The notes under the pieces are model-generated. The model did not search any database. It saw nothing but the letters and a program-made list of their open reading frames with translations, and was not told the DNA's origin. Shown in pieces: positions 1-10,900 of a DNA stretch of 64,000 nt. The stretch covers positions 16,029-80,028 of the forward strand of contig DAOWGI010000024.1 of assembly GCA_030637655.1 (NCBI GenBank). The letters are read 5' to 3'. The position numbers were made by a program, and so were the translations under genes. This DNA is from a candidate division FCPU426 bacterium (GTDB lineage: Bacteria > Oederibacteriota > JAAXVQ01 > JAUVAV01). The first letter of the stretch is position 1. Each line of letters starts with the position of its first letter.

Positions 1-184
1 CATTTCTTTATCGTTCCAGCAGTAAACATCACACCATACTTGCTGCTTTTTTGTATACCGAATTTTCAAAAAGATGCTGGGCGCTCGTTCCCCTGAATCT
101 GCAAGAGTGAAATTATACTAAATAGTGTTATCCCCACTTGACCTGTCACCTTACGAACCATGTACTCATCACTCCTGGCTTTAG

Positions 185-1660
185 CTACTTAATTTTTTTC
201 AGCCACTCTAATATCAGTCTTACACCAACTCCAGTAGCACCTTTGTTAAATATGAGTCCTGCTTCACCCCAGGCCGTACCCGCAATATCCAAATGCACCC
301 AGGGCGTGTTCTCAACAAATTTCTCCAGGAATGCACCACCAACAATAGTGCCGGCGCCTGGCTTATTCCCAATATTTGCTACATCAGCATTCTCACTTTT
401 CACCAGATCGCGATATTCATCCCAAAGCGGTAATTGCCACACCTTCTCGCCAGACACATTTCCCGCTTGAATTATTTCATCTGCCAACTTCTGATTATTC
501 GAAATTAAACCCGAGGCAGCATGTCCCAGAGCAACAATAACAGCACCAGTCAAAGTGGCAAAATCAATGATACTAGTTGGCTTATGCTTTTTGACATAAG
601 TTATACCATCCGCTAGAATGAGTCTCCCCTCTGCATCTGTGTTCAAAATTTCAATTTTCTTCCCAGAGAGGCTCTTGACAATATCTCCTGGCCGCGCGGC
701 TGATCCTGATGGCATGTTCTCTGCCGCTGGTATAACTCCAATCAAATTAACCGGCAAACGCAGTTGTGTTGCTGCCTTAAAAATTCCCAGCACAGTAGCC
801 GCACCGCTCATATCATAGCGCATCTCATCCATCTTATTGGAAGGTTTCAATGAAATCCCGCCGGAGTCAAAAGTAATTCCTTTTCCAACCAATGCTATGG
901 GAGCTTTGCCTGCCGTGCTTCCGCGATAGTTTAATTCAATCAATACCGGAGAGCGTTGACTCCCAACGCCAACGGCCAGTAAAGCTCCAAAGCCTTTGCG
1001 TATAAGTTCCGGCTTTTGCATTACCTTTACGCTTAATTTTGCCGACAGCCTGGACAAACGCTTTGCTTCATTAGCCAATGACTGCGGATACAATTGATTA
1101 GCCGGACGATCAGCTAAAATGCGAGCATAATTAACTGCCTCTGCAATGACGGCGCCTTGCTCACATATTCCTTTAAGATCCGAGCGAGCCGAACCAGCTA
1201 AAATTAATTTGGTTGCTTTTGCCTGTGTCTTTTGGTGTTTGCCGGATTTATTTTCAGTATAAGTATACGCCGCCAATCCGCCCATGAGTACAATTGTTTG
1301 AATTACAGCACGCGATTCCGTATGCTTGTGGATAAAAGAATCAGCATCAAAAACCAATTCTTTCAGCTTCAATTTAACAGCTTTCTTCATTATAAGAAAG
1401 ACAGCTTTCCGGACCACGTCCATTTGAATTGCCTTTGCTTTTCCCAAACCACAAACAAAAATCCGTTTTGTTTTTTGACCTTTGGGATAGAGGACAATAA
1501 GTTCTCCTGCTTTACCTTTAAAATCCCCCAGCTTTCTGATTTCCTTGAGTTCTTGCGTGATAGATCCAGGAAAATCTGTAGCCGGCTTATCCTGCACAAC
1601 TCCCAGGGCAATATTTTCTGTTTTGGTAATTTGAGATCGCGAAATCATTTTAACTGCCAT
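185..1660 (-). CDS. pepA: Leucyl aminopeptidase (M17)
   Basis: GKGITFDSGG, DMSGAA and NTDAEGRL motifs. Confidence 0.95.
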   Translation of the reverse strand: MAVKMISRSQITKTENIALGVVQDKPATDFPGSITQELKEIRKLGDFKGKAGELIVLYPKGQKTKRIFVCGLGKAKAIQMDVVRKAVFLIMKKAVKLKLKELVFDADSFIHKHTESRAVIQTIVLMGGLAAYTYTENKSGKHQKTQAKATKLILAGSARSDLKGICEQGAVIAEAVNYARILADRPANQLYPQSLANEAKRLSRLSAKLSVKVMQKPELIRKGFGALLAVGVGSQRSPVLIELNYRGSTAGKAPIALVGKGITFDSGGISLKPSNKMDEMRYDMSGAATVLGIFKAATQLRLPVNLIGVIPAAENMPSGSAARPGDIVKSLSGKKIEILNTDAEGRLILADGITYVKKHKPTSIIDFATLTGAVIVALGHAASGLISNNQKLADEIIQAGNVSGEKVWQLPLWDEYRDLVKSENADVANIGNKPGAGTIVGGAFLEKFVENTPWVHLDIAGTAWGEAGLIFNKGATGVGVRLILEWLKKIK

Positions 1661-1809
1661 TGCTCTCCTCCTATATCACTGGCCATGATTATGGTGTGAA
1701 TGTTCTTCAGTTTACGCTGAGTAAATTAGTGAGGCAAGGTAAAAAACCTAAGTAACTCACTTTTTACCACACACTGCTATACGCACTAATATCTTCTTTA
1801 GTCTTTATT

Positions 1810-1975
1810 ACCCAACCCGGACAAGCCGGAACCAAATTTAGCCGCTGATACACGCCGATATACGCAAATTAAAAATCTTTTTTATCCATTAAGCTATAAA
1901 TATCTGCGTTCATCTGCGTTCATTGGAGGTTGATTTTCTTTCCATTTTGTAAAGAATTTCATTTGTAAGATACTA
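1810..1975. repeat. Intergenic MITE-like remnant with short imperfect tandem/inverted repeats
   Basis: CCGCTGATACACGCCGATATACGC ... ATCTGCGTTCATCTGCGTTC arms. Confidence 0.4.
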
Positions 1976-1976
1976 A

Positions 1977-2783
1977 TTAGGAATAAATGGCTGTGAAGAG
2001 CCGGGCTATCTCCTGAATGGATAGGGTTTCCGGTCTACGTTGGGAATCAATACTTACACCTTTCAGCGCAATTTCCCACTCGCTTTGCCTGGGCACATTT
2101 TTAATTCCTTGCATACACTTTCGTAATGTTTTACGCCGGTGCATAAACATAGCCTGCACGAGAAAGAAAAACTTATTAGGATCAGAGACCTGGACTAGCG
2201 GCTGCTCACGATGATCAATCCTAATTATAGCTGAGGAAACTCGAGGTTGTGGATTGAAAGCGCCGGCTGGAACCTTGGTAATGTATTTAGGTATTCCATA
2301 ATATTGAACTGCAATTGAAAAAGAGGAGTACTCTTTAGTTCCTGGTTTGGCACACATGCGCTTGGCCACCTCATCCTGCACCATTACTACAATACGGTTA
2401 CAGCTCTGCTTTGCTGCCAGAACATGGATTACCATTTGCGAAGCCAGGTAATACGGAAGATTAGCTACCAATTTTACCCTTTGATATCCCTTTTGGAGTA
2501 ACTCGGTATTTATCTCACTCCAATCAACATAACGGGCATCATTTAAGCGTATTTCCAGATTATCATTGTGGCCTAATTTTTCATGCAGACGATTTGCGAG
2601 ACGTTCATCCAGTTCTAAAGCTATGACATGCCTGGCTTTTTTGAGCAGAGCTTTGGTCAATACCCCTTTACCTGGTCCAACCTCAATAATTGCATCCTGC
2701 TCATCAATTTCGGCAGCCTGAATAGCTTTTAGAACATAGCTGTAATCAGCCAGAAAGTGCTGCCCTAATTTAGGCTTTTTCAT
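1977..2783 (-). CDS. rsmA: 16S rRNA adenine dimethyltransferase
   Basis: LGQHFL, EVGPGKG, ANLPY and RRPETLS motifs. Confidence 0.96.
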   Translation of the reverse strand: MKKPKLGQHFLADYSYVLKAIQAAEIDEQDAIIEVGPGKGVLTKALLKKARHVIALELDERLANRLHEKLGHNDNLEIRLNDARYVDWSEINTELLQKGYQRVKLVANLPYYLASQMVIHVLAAKQSCNRIVVMVQDEVAKRMCAKPGTKEYSSFSIAVQYYGIPKYITKVPAGAFNPQPRVSSAIIRIDHREQPLVQVSDPNKFFFLVQAMFMHRRKTLRKCMQGIKNVPRQSEWEIALKGVSIDSQRRPETLSIQEIARLFTAIYS

Positions 2784-2793
2784 AATCTATTCC

Positions 2794-3798
2794 TTATCTT
2801 CTTGAATTATCAACCATTTCTATGGCAGTACGAATAGCAGCTATCATGGCTCCTGGATTTGCTTTTCTTTGCTTGGCAATATCAAATCCCGTCCCATGAT
2901 CCGGCGATGTTCTGATTATTGGCAATCCGGCAGTCACATTCACTCCACTGTGCAGGGCTAACATCTTAAAAGGAATCAAGCCCTGATCATGGTACATGCA
3001 TAGTATCAAATCATACTTTCCATGCATAGCATCGTAAAACAATGTATCAGCCGGCAATGGTCCACTTACTTTGAGATTCTTTCTTTTTGATAATTCACGT
3101 ATGGCTGGAATAATTTCTTTTTGCTCCTCATTGCCCAGCAATCCACTTTCTCCTGCGTGCGGATTTAAACCGGCCACTGCAATATGTGGTTTTTTAAAAT
3201 TAAAATACTTCCTCAGAGCCGTTTCTCCAGTTATCCCTGTCCGAATAACATGCTGCTTGGTTATCCTTCTTGACACTTTTTTAATGGGAATGTGAATGGT
3301 TGCCAGAATTAAACGAAATGACCCACCCACAAACATCATAGAATAATCCTTTGTTTTACAGATTTTCGCGAGTAGTTCGGTGTGACCAGTATGTAATACC
3401 CCAATTTCGTGCCACGCCTCCTTGCAGATAGGCGCAGTTACTACTGCATCTACTTTTTTAGCCAGGGCCAGCTTTGTTGCATACTCAACTGCGGCCAAAG
3501 AAGCTTGACCGCTCTTGCTTGACCATTTTCCTTTTTTCGTTATTCCCTTAAGAGTATCTGATTCAATAATTTGAATTTCCGGGTATCTGGAAGTTCCGGG
3601 GGTGGGACACTTCACACTTTTTAATATTAATTTTGAACTGTTTTTCAATATTTCGTGTTCAAATACTGCTCTGTTGCCAATAATAAGCGGATGCATTTTA
3701 TTAAATAAAAATTTGTTTTCAAGGGCTTTAACTATCACCTCTGGCCCTACACCGGCCGGCTCCCCCATAGTGATGGAAATACATGGTCTTTTAATCAT
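2794..3798 (-). CDS. pdxA: 4-hydroxythreonine-4-phosphate dehydrogenase
   Basis: GEPAGVGPE, GHTE, NPHAGE, MYHDQG and RTSPDHGT motifs; next to rsmA. Confidence 0.96.
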   Translation of the reverse strand: MIKRPCISITMGEPAGVGPEVIVKALENKFLFNKMHPLIIGNRAVFEHEILKNSSKLILKSVKCPTPGTSRYPEIQIIESDTLKGITKKGKWSSKSGQASLAAVEYATKLALAKKVDAVVTAPICKEAWHEIGVLHTGHTELLAKICKTKDYSMMFVGGSFRLILATIHIPIKKVSRRITKQHVIRTGITGETALRKYFNFKKPHIAVAGLNPHAGESGLLGNEEQKEIIPAIRELSKRKNLKVSGPLPADTLFYDAMHGKYDLILCMYHDQGLIPFKMLALHSGVNVTAGLPIIRTSPDHGTGFDIAKQRKANPGAMIAAIRTAIEMVDNSRR

Positions 3799-3847
3799 AT
3801 TCTATCACCCCCTTTTGTTACTCTAATCAGAATACTTGTAATATATT

Positions 3848-4061
3848 GTAACTACTCAGGTCTGCAAGGAGCAGGGCGGTTTGGTCTTTTTTTAAGCGTG
3901 ACAGCGGTAACTGCGGAAATGTGGTTTAGAAAAGCATATCCCCCTATTGCCCGTTACCAGCTTAGACCTTAGTTTTCCGCTTTGCAATGCTTGAAAAAAG
4001 ACCAAAGTGACCTGCCAAGCGTGAATGTTTGAATACTTTTTTTACCCACCTGAGTAGTTAC
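3848..4061. mobile_element. 214-bp MITE, copy 1
   Basis: Terminal inverted repeats GTAACTACTCAGG...CCTGAGTAGTTAC; homologous copy at 5991-6204. Confidence 0.85.
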
Positions 4062-4134
4062 TTTTGATTACTATTTAGTGCCTTTAGCGTTTTGAAAAAA
4101 GAACCATACCTCATGGCTCCAGACAGCTAATATG

Positions 4135-4983
4135 TTACGAATACTTTGGATTTGCATAGCAATAAGCACAACCATGATTGCATACGAGATCGTATGAGCC
4201 AATATCAATTGAGGGTGTGCACCCGCAATTCGTCCTTTGACCCTTATCTTTACCCAATTGGGCGCTCTTTTTGTCCGGATGAAGTAATGTTAGGAGCTCT
4301 CCATCAATGCACTTGGCTGCAGGTATTCCATAAGGAATAACTTCATTTGTGCAACAAGCTCCTGCTTTTATTCCGTATTTACTGCTTTTTTCCAGTACTA
4401 TCTCTGCCACTGTTTTTAATCTGGTCTTTTTTATATCTACCCACTGAATATCGTATGCTTTTGCCCGCTGCTTAGATTTTTGGTACCAATGACAGATTGA
4501 GAAAGTCATATTCTTTATTCCGAAGCTTGAAACCACTGCAGCTATATCTTCCAGAGCATGTAGATTGCTGTGGAACTGTTTCTCATCTTTCCAGAACACA
4601 ATGGGATCAAATCTCCAATTCACGCGCAAAGGACTGCCTACGATTTGAACCAGTTTCTCAAATTGGGAAACCGCTTTTTTATAATCAACAACTCCTGGTT
4701 CCAGCTTGGTGCCGCCAAAACCAGTTACACTAAAATGTATATAAAGCTGCGCGTACCGCTTAACCAAAGTCTGCAAGTCAGCTTGGTTCTCAATAAGACG
4801 AGAATAATCTTTTGACCACAGCACTAAAGTATGTACATTGTCTGGTGCCAGATCAATAGTTCTCTCCTGTTGATTGTAGGGGTTTTTTACCTTCACCCAT
4901 TCCTGAGCCAACCACGAGGCTAGAATTTCCGGAAAAGCCTGAGGAAGATCAGTGCGGCGTGAGGCGGAAATTACCTGATTCAT
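4135..4983 (-). CDS. DUF1848 family protein
   Basis: ISASRRTD N-terminus, WRFDPI, C-terminal CxC...DIG..Y..C.HGCxYCYAN. Confidence 0.88.
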   Translation of the reverse strand: MNQVISASRRTDLPQAFPEILASWLAQEWVKVKNPYNQQERTIDLAPDNVHTLVLWSKDYSRLIENQADLQTLVKRYAQLYIHFSVTGFGGTKLEPGVVDYKKAVSQFEKLVQIVGSPLRVNWRFDPIVFWKDEKQFHSNLHALEDIAAVVSSFGIKNMTFSICHWYQKSKQRAKAYDIQWVDIKKTRLKTVAEIVLEKSSKYGIKAGACCTNEVIPYGIPAAKCIDGELLTLLHPDKKSAQLGKDKGQRTNCGCTPSIDIGSYDLVCNHGCAYCYANPKYS

Positions 4984-4990
4984 AAAAACT

Positions 4991-5962
4991 CTATTGCGCC
5001 ATTTGATGCGTTAGTTTGTATATGAAACGATCAATGCGTTTGGTTTTTTTAGCTACCTGCGTTAAAGGGACACTAACTATTGCCCCTTTCTGAATACCAG
5101 CCAGATGAGCAGAATAACCACTGAGTATATTTTTTATAGCCGCATTGCCCAATTTAGTAGCCAAGAGACGGCTATGCGCAGTAGGACTACCACCCCGTTG
5201 AATATAGCCCAAAACAGAGATCCGAACCCGCAATTTGGTGATTCGCTTGATTGTCTCTGCCACCTTGCGGGAATCACCGGCACCCTCGGCCATGACAATG
5301 ATAGACGAGACCTTACCGCGCTTATATCCATTGCTGAGAGCGCGACATATGGTTTGCAGGTTGTAAGGTATTTCCGGCACCAACACAGCTTCCGCTCCGC
5401 AGCATAATCCAACCTCCTGCGCGATAAAACCATTGTGCCGGCCCATGACTTCGACAATAAAAATCCGCTCATGCGAGGTCGCGGTGTCACGTATTTTATC
5501 AATCGCTTCCACTGCGGTATTGACTGTTGAGTCAAATCCAATTGTATCTTCACTACCATAGACATCATTATCAATGGTGGCTGGAACCACAGCCACTGTC
5601 AAACGGGTCTCCTGATGCAATGTATTGGCTGCAACAGAACTGCCATTACCACCAATAACTACCAGAGCATCCAACCCGATTTCTTTAATATGCTTATACG
5701 CCTGCAGACGGTTCTTCTTTTCTCTGAATTCAGGACAGCGTACAGTACGTAATATCGTGCCGCCGCGATTGATAATCCCGCCCACAGAGCGCGAATCCAT
5801 AGGTTGAAAATCACCCTCAATCAAACCCCAGTATCCGCGCAGGATGCCGGTAACTTTTAATTTGCGGTCAGTCGCGCTGCGCACAACCGCGCGAATGCCG
5901 GCATTCATGCCCGGCGCATCACCGCCGGATGTTAATACCCCAATGTGCTGGATTTTTTTCAT
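4991..5962 (-). CDS. pfkA: 6-phosphofructokinase
   Basis: TSGGDAPGMN, TIDND, EVMGR and LGYIQRGG motifs. Confidence 0.96.
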   Translation of the reverse strand: MKKIQHIGVLTSGGDAPGMNAGIRAVVRSATDRKLKVTGILRGYWGLIEGDFQPMDSRSVGGIINRGGTILRTVRCPEFREKKNRLQAYKHIKEIGLDALVVIGGNGSSVAANTLHQETRLTVAVVPATIDNDVYGSEDTIGFDSTVNTAVEAIDKIRDTATSHERIFIVEVMGRHNGFIAQEVGLCCGAEAVLVPEIPYNLQTICRALSNGYKRGKVSSIIVMAEGAGDSRKVAETIKRITKLRVRISVLGYIQRGGSPTAHSRLLATKLGNAAIKNILSGYSAHLAGIQKGAIVSVPLTQVAKKTKRIDRFIYKLTHQMAQ

Positions 5963-5990
5963 GCTTGTCCCTCCAAATTATTTACTAATG

Positions 5991-6204
5991 GTAAATACTC
6001 AGGTCTGCCGGGAGCAGGGCGCTTTGGTCTTTTTTTAAGCGTGGCAGCGGTAACTGCAGCGTTGTGGTTTAAAAAAGCATATACCCCTATTGCCCGTCAC
6101 CCGCCTGGACCTTGGTTTTCCGCTTTGCAATGCTTGAAAAAAGACCAATGTGACCTGCCAGGCGTGAATACTTGAATACTTTTTTTACCCACCTGAGTAG
6201 TTAC
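5991..6204. mobile_element. 214-bp MITE, copy 2
   Basis: Same TIRs and length as 3848-4061; flanks TACTAATG / TGCTGATG may be a decayed 8-bp target duplication. Confidence 0.85.
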
Positions 6205-6276
6205 TGCTGATGAATTATATACTGGTAAGGGCTGGTGTGGGAATATTATTTTTTGATTATATTCAGATACTTAAAC

Positions 6277-7278
6277 TCAACGCGGCGTTGGCCTGGCAGT
6301 AGGTGCCGCTTTAGGTGTTGGAGCGGCTTTAGGCGGGGCAAAAGAATAGGTTAAAGCAATGCGATGTGCTGATCCCAGAAAACCATATGGCACAAAAGCG
6401 TAATCCAACCTGAAATTCTCATAATAAACACCCATCCCGGCAGATAAACCGGAAACCGCATTGGTTCCATAGCCGGAGTATAGATCCGAATTGTCAATTT
6501 TACCCTGATAGGAGTATCCGGCCCGAATGGCCAGGATCTCTTCAAAGCGATATTCCGCGCCCAGCGCTATTTTCCCTTCCTGCTCTAACAGTTGATTGTA
6601 ATCCAAAGCAAGCAGAATATCAGAACGCAAATAATACCCGAGTCCTACTTTAAAATTAATCGGCAAACGAAAGTACTCTTCATCCACACGTATGGCCGGC
6701 CCTAAATTCTGAAGCACCGCGCCTAATGTCAAGCCTTCCCACGGGAATTTATACAAAAATCCAATATCCATGGCCCAACCAAAACCGGCTTGCGCATCAA
6801 TGATCTCGGAGAAAAGCACGATATTCGCGCCCAAATACATTTTCTCGTTATAAGCAAATCCATACCCGCCGGTAAAACCAATATCAGCCGCAGAAAAGGT
6901 CCCGCGCTCCGGATCATCCGGGGTGTCACCGGTCTCCGAACGGAGCAAGGTTCCACCATTAAGATACACCAGGGAAACACCGGCCACACCCACTGGCAAT
7001 GGGAGCGCACCGGACATATGATCAAAAAAAATGTCATCAAACCAAAAAACATGCATGGCCGTGACTTCAGGATACTTTAATTGCGCCAATCCGGCTGGAT
7101 TCCAGTACACAGCTGAGACATCATCCGCCACCGCGGCATAGGCTTCACCCATAGCTACAGCGCGCGCGCCAACACCTATTTTCAGGAAGGTCGCAGCTGT
7201 CGTGCCTTTGCCGGAGATGGCATGGGCCGAGAGCGGCAGATATAGGATAGCAATGATTAGAAATCGTACCCGGCGCAT
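6277..7278 (-). CDS. PorV/PorQ (UPF0164) family outer-membrane protein
   Basis: Signal peptide; FLKIGVGARAVAMGEAY...YWNPAGLA signature; C-terminal DYAF..G.LG..HR. Confidence 0.85.
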   Translation of the reverse strand: MRRVRFLIIAILYLPLSAHAISGKGTTAATFLKIGVGARAVAMGEAYAAVADDVSAVYWNPAGLAQLKYPEVTAMHVFWFDDIFFDHMSGALPLPVGVAGVSLVYLNGGTLLRSETGDTPDDPERGTFSAADIGFTGGYGFAYNEKMYLGANIVLFSEIIDAQAGFGWAMDIGFLYKFPWEGLTLGAVLQNLGPAIRVDEEYFRLPINFKVGLGYYLRSDILLALDYNQLLEQEGKIALGAEYRFEEILAIRAGYSYQGKIDNSDLYSGYGTNAVSGLSAGMGVYYENFRLDYAFVPYGFLGSAHRIALTYSFAPPKAAPTPKAAPTARPTPR

Positions 7279-7391
7279 CGCGCATTCACCTCAAAACAGG
7301 GGATTTAAAATATATATTAACATCACATCCTATACACGTCAATTCATTGCTCTCCTGGTGTTCGCGTTGACTCATATAAAAGGCAACCCAA

Positions 7392-7515
7392 AACTTGAGC
7401 AATTAGTCTGCTTTTTTATGTTGTCATTCCCCGACCGGAAAGGATATCAATCTTTGAGACGCTGATGCTGTCCGAATGATCTTATCGGGAATCCAGAGGC
7501 TTTGATTTTAAAAGA
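7392..7515 (+). mobile_element. Left part of a REP-containing MITE
   Basis: TGAGCAATTAGTCTG...GTCATTCCC...GGAATCCAGAGGCTTTGATTTTAAA is shared with the element at 63658-63858. Confidence 0.65.
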
Positions 7516-7544
7516 ATTAAAAGTCGCTGATAGGGGTAGGGAGT

Positions 7545-7871
7545 TTGCGATTTAGTTCCTTGATGCCTGCTTCACGCATTCCGCCTTCTTGCCGTCCTGT
7601 CTCCAACCACCCCACATGCTCCACGTCAGCTTTCTGCGTTTCCTTTCAGCTTCGTGGCTCTCCTCTCTCGGGAGGTCTGGGTTTCGCCTTTGAATCGCAG
7701 GCTCACCGTCATGCAAGGCCGAATCGAGTTCGCTTTTCTACGGGCCGGCTTTTTGCCTCTTTCTGCTCCCCACCCCGCCTCACGACGACGCAGTTGACTT
7801 TGGCTTCAGGTGTGGAAACTTCACCTGGAGAGGACTTACACCTCTCGGACTGATTGCGCTTGCAGGCGCAC
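7545..7871 (-). ncRNA. Group II intron 5' fragment (domain I region, possibly class E-like)
   Basis: Minus strand starts GTGCGCCTGCAAGCGCA...GAGAGGTGTAAGTCCTCTC...AACTGCGTCGTCGTGAGGCGGGGTGGGGAGCA; no RT follows; 3' limit approximate. Confidence 0.75.
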
Positions 7872-7900
7872 GACCCCGGCCAAAATCATGCCGGGGTGAC
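7872..7900 (-). repeat. REP hairpin GTCACCCCGGCATG...GCCGGGGTC
   Basis: Related copies near 34108 and 63892. Confidence 0.8.
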
Positions 7901-7991
7901 ATATTAATAGAATTAGTGAAGAAAGTTGCAGGTTAGTTGTTCGTTTTAAGGATGGATGTGTCCACTTTTTTGGGGAACTGCCATTTATGAC

Positions 7992-10900
7992 TTATTCTTC
8001 CTCACGATCCGGTTGTATCATTTCACCATCTGGAGTCACATATTCAAGCACCTCGCCTTCCGGCGCTGTTCTATCACGCAGTGCCCAGAGATTCAGTGCC
8101 GGCACAAAAATCCAATCGATATTTTCTCGAATTGGACACTCCTCATCTTGTGCCCTAACTTGTGTCACAACGAATTCAATATTTTCCGCGTATCTTGGAA
8201 AGGGCGGCGGATTCCGGGGAACAAGATGCCCCTGGTTGTCAACAATGACGTATGATCCGCTAATGCGTCCTTCCAAGGTATTTCTTGATCTATCAATAAG
8301 TGCCTGGAAACGAGTATCTATTCTAAGATAATGGGTTAAATTAACAAGCAATTCACGGGTTATATGTCTATGCCCTGATACAGAGAGATTAACCCGCCAG
8401 TTATCAGTTCCTTCCATAGGAAACCATAAATTACCATGCTCATCTTCTGTTGGTCGTCGAATTATATTTGAATCAATAAGTTCGTTATTTGAGGCTGGGG
8501 GCAAGTGCATGTTTACAAAATAGTCTGAATCTGGATCTGTATCAAATTGAGTTGTGGTAGACCAATCATTAACATCAGCATCCGTATCAACAACATCTCC
8601 AGCATGGGCAGCACTAGCTTCCATAACAGCACGCGAACCTTCTCTGAACCTCCGGCTGTGTCTGGGCCTGTTTAGCCATGATAATATCGCTCTGTCAGCC
8701 AGATTGTCTATATGTTGGTCTATTTGTTGCAGTGCCCTGCTTAGTTGAATTCCCCGGCTCCTCCATCTCTCGTTCCAGGTTGTATACGCAGCAGTTTGAG
8801 AAAACTCTCTGTCCGGAGGATTTTGCGAGTCTTCTCGATGACTCCGTTCCAATTCTGCCAACTCTTGCCCACGGGTTCTGGCACTATCACTAATATCCTG
8901 TTCTATCTCCAGTCTTTGATCAGCAAGCTCCAGGGCTTCGCGTATAATCCTGATTTCATAATCACGAAGATTAGGCGGGATAGTATCACGCAAATCACTC
9001 AACGCAGTAAAGTATTCTATCATCCGCTCACGACTTCGAGTCTGCCCTTGTAATGGCGTTCCATCATCATTAAGAATTCGAGCGACATTAAATATGTGTC
9101 TGATATGATCAAGTGCCGGCGGACTAAGTTCTTGTTCCTCAAAGGTTGAGAGCGGCGGGAACAGATTGTTCTCTTCCGCAGCCTCACTTGGAGTAATTGT
9201 TGCATTTGGAGAAGGCTCAACCAGCTCCAATTGCGGCGTTGAAGTTTCTGGTGCATCAGGAGTAGGTGCCGCTAAATTCGACCCAATCGGAGGGGTACCA
9301 ATAGATGGATGGCTTAGCATTTCCGGCGTTAAGGTACCAGGTAAATGACGTTGTGGAGATGGTCTGTTTGCGCTTCGTCTCTGAGGAGGTTCTGGTTCAA
9401 TCTGATCGGCATTCTCCCTCTCCTCCGCAGGATTTCTTCTGCCGCCGCTTGGTGCATGGATTTGCATACGAGCCGGATCAAGTGGATCGGCGTGTGGATC
9501 AGTAGGCGGTCTATGATAAAAAGCCCTTCCGCGCCAAGATCCCATAAAAGCGTCGGACTCCCCTGAATACCTGAGTCTTCCACCGGCATAACCCAAACCA
9601 CGAAATTCTTGATTCTCTGAGGTCGGTGTTGCGGAAGGTTCGGCATCTAAATCAGGATTATCCGATTCTTCTGCTGCGCGGGAAGAAACAGGTGGATTTT
9701 CTAATGATGGTGTTGAAGACGGTTGGGCGGTTCCTGGAGTGGAAGAATGCTCGTCCATCACTTCCTCTTCTTCAGCAATCCTCGCTTCGGTGTTTGCGCT
9801 ATCCATTGGACTTGGTGTATCTGGTGATGGTGTATCCTGCGTTTCTCTGTTTGCACGCGCTGCTTGTTGGGGACGAACAGAAGGTAATCGAGGAAGTGGT
9901 GTTGGTGCTGGATATGATGATTCTGAAATTTCCTGGTTAGGTTCAGGAATAAAACCTTCCGGTGTTTCAGTTTCCGGCTCATACACACCAATAATATCTG
10001 ACCATCTACCACCTGGACGATCATCACCTAAAACAGTGCGGTTTTCCTCCATTGCTCTTTCCATTCGCCTGTAATTCGTATCCGTATTTATACGTAATGA
10101 TCTACTCCCTACCTGACCGACCACACTTATCGATCCTTCTAATAAAAATTCATCGATACAGAAATTAACAACTGATCGGGCAATATATTGAGACGCGATG
10201 CGCATTTCATCCCGCGTACCAAAACCGGCAATACTGGTAACTCTTCCTAACCAAGCGGTAAGCTGTAATCCCTGAAACATCAGCATATACCCATTTCCCC
10301 CGGGAATTCTATGAATGATAGCTTCAATAACAGCATCTCTTACAGCTTGTCCCAACTCAGACCATATGTTTGTCCAAACGTCATTTAATTTTGTCCTTAA
10401 AGCCCAGTACATAAGATCACGATCAAAAGCATGACCCCAGGCTTCTCTAACCCGGGACAGATTTACACCTAATAAGCTTGTCGGCAGATCTAACGGCCGT
10501 TGTGCGTGTTGAGACACAATAACACCAATTCCTCCGTTTCTTCCCAATACGCTGCTTATTACATTGTCAAATTCTCTTCTGTTTCTCACTCGAATATCAA
10601 GTGTACTCTCACCGGCAGAAACATCCCCCTCGGCAGGAGTTCCTGAATGTGTCCATGCCACAGAAACACCATTTGCTCCATTGATTCTTGAAAGTATTCG
10701 TATTGATGAAGATCCGGCTGAATAATTTGCCAGAAAATAAGTGCCTGGTCGTAAGTCTCTGGTCCACTCGAGGTCAAAGTAAAACGTATCACCTGAAATA
10801 TGACCACTTCGATCCAAGATATAGCAACGCCTCCCGCTGATATAAAAAACCAAACCAGTAACCGACAACAAGCTGGTATCTGGTGCTATCTCAGATATCA

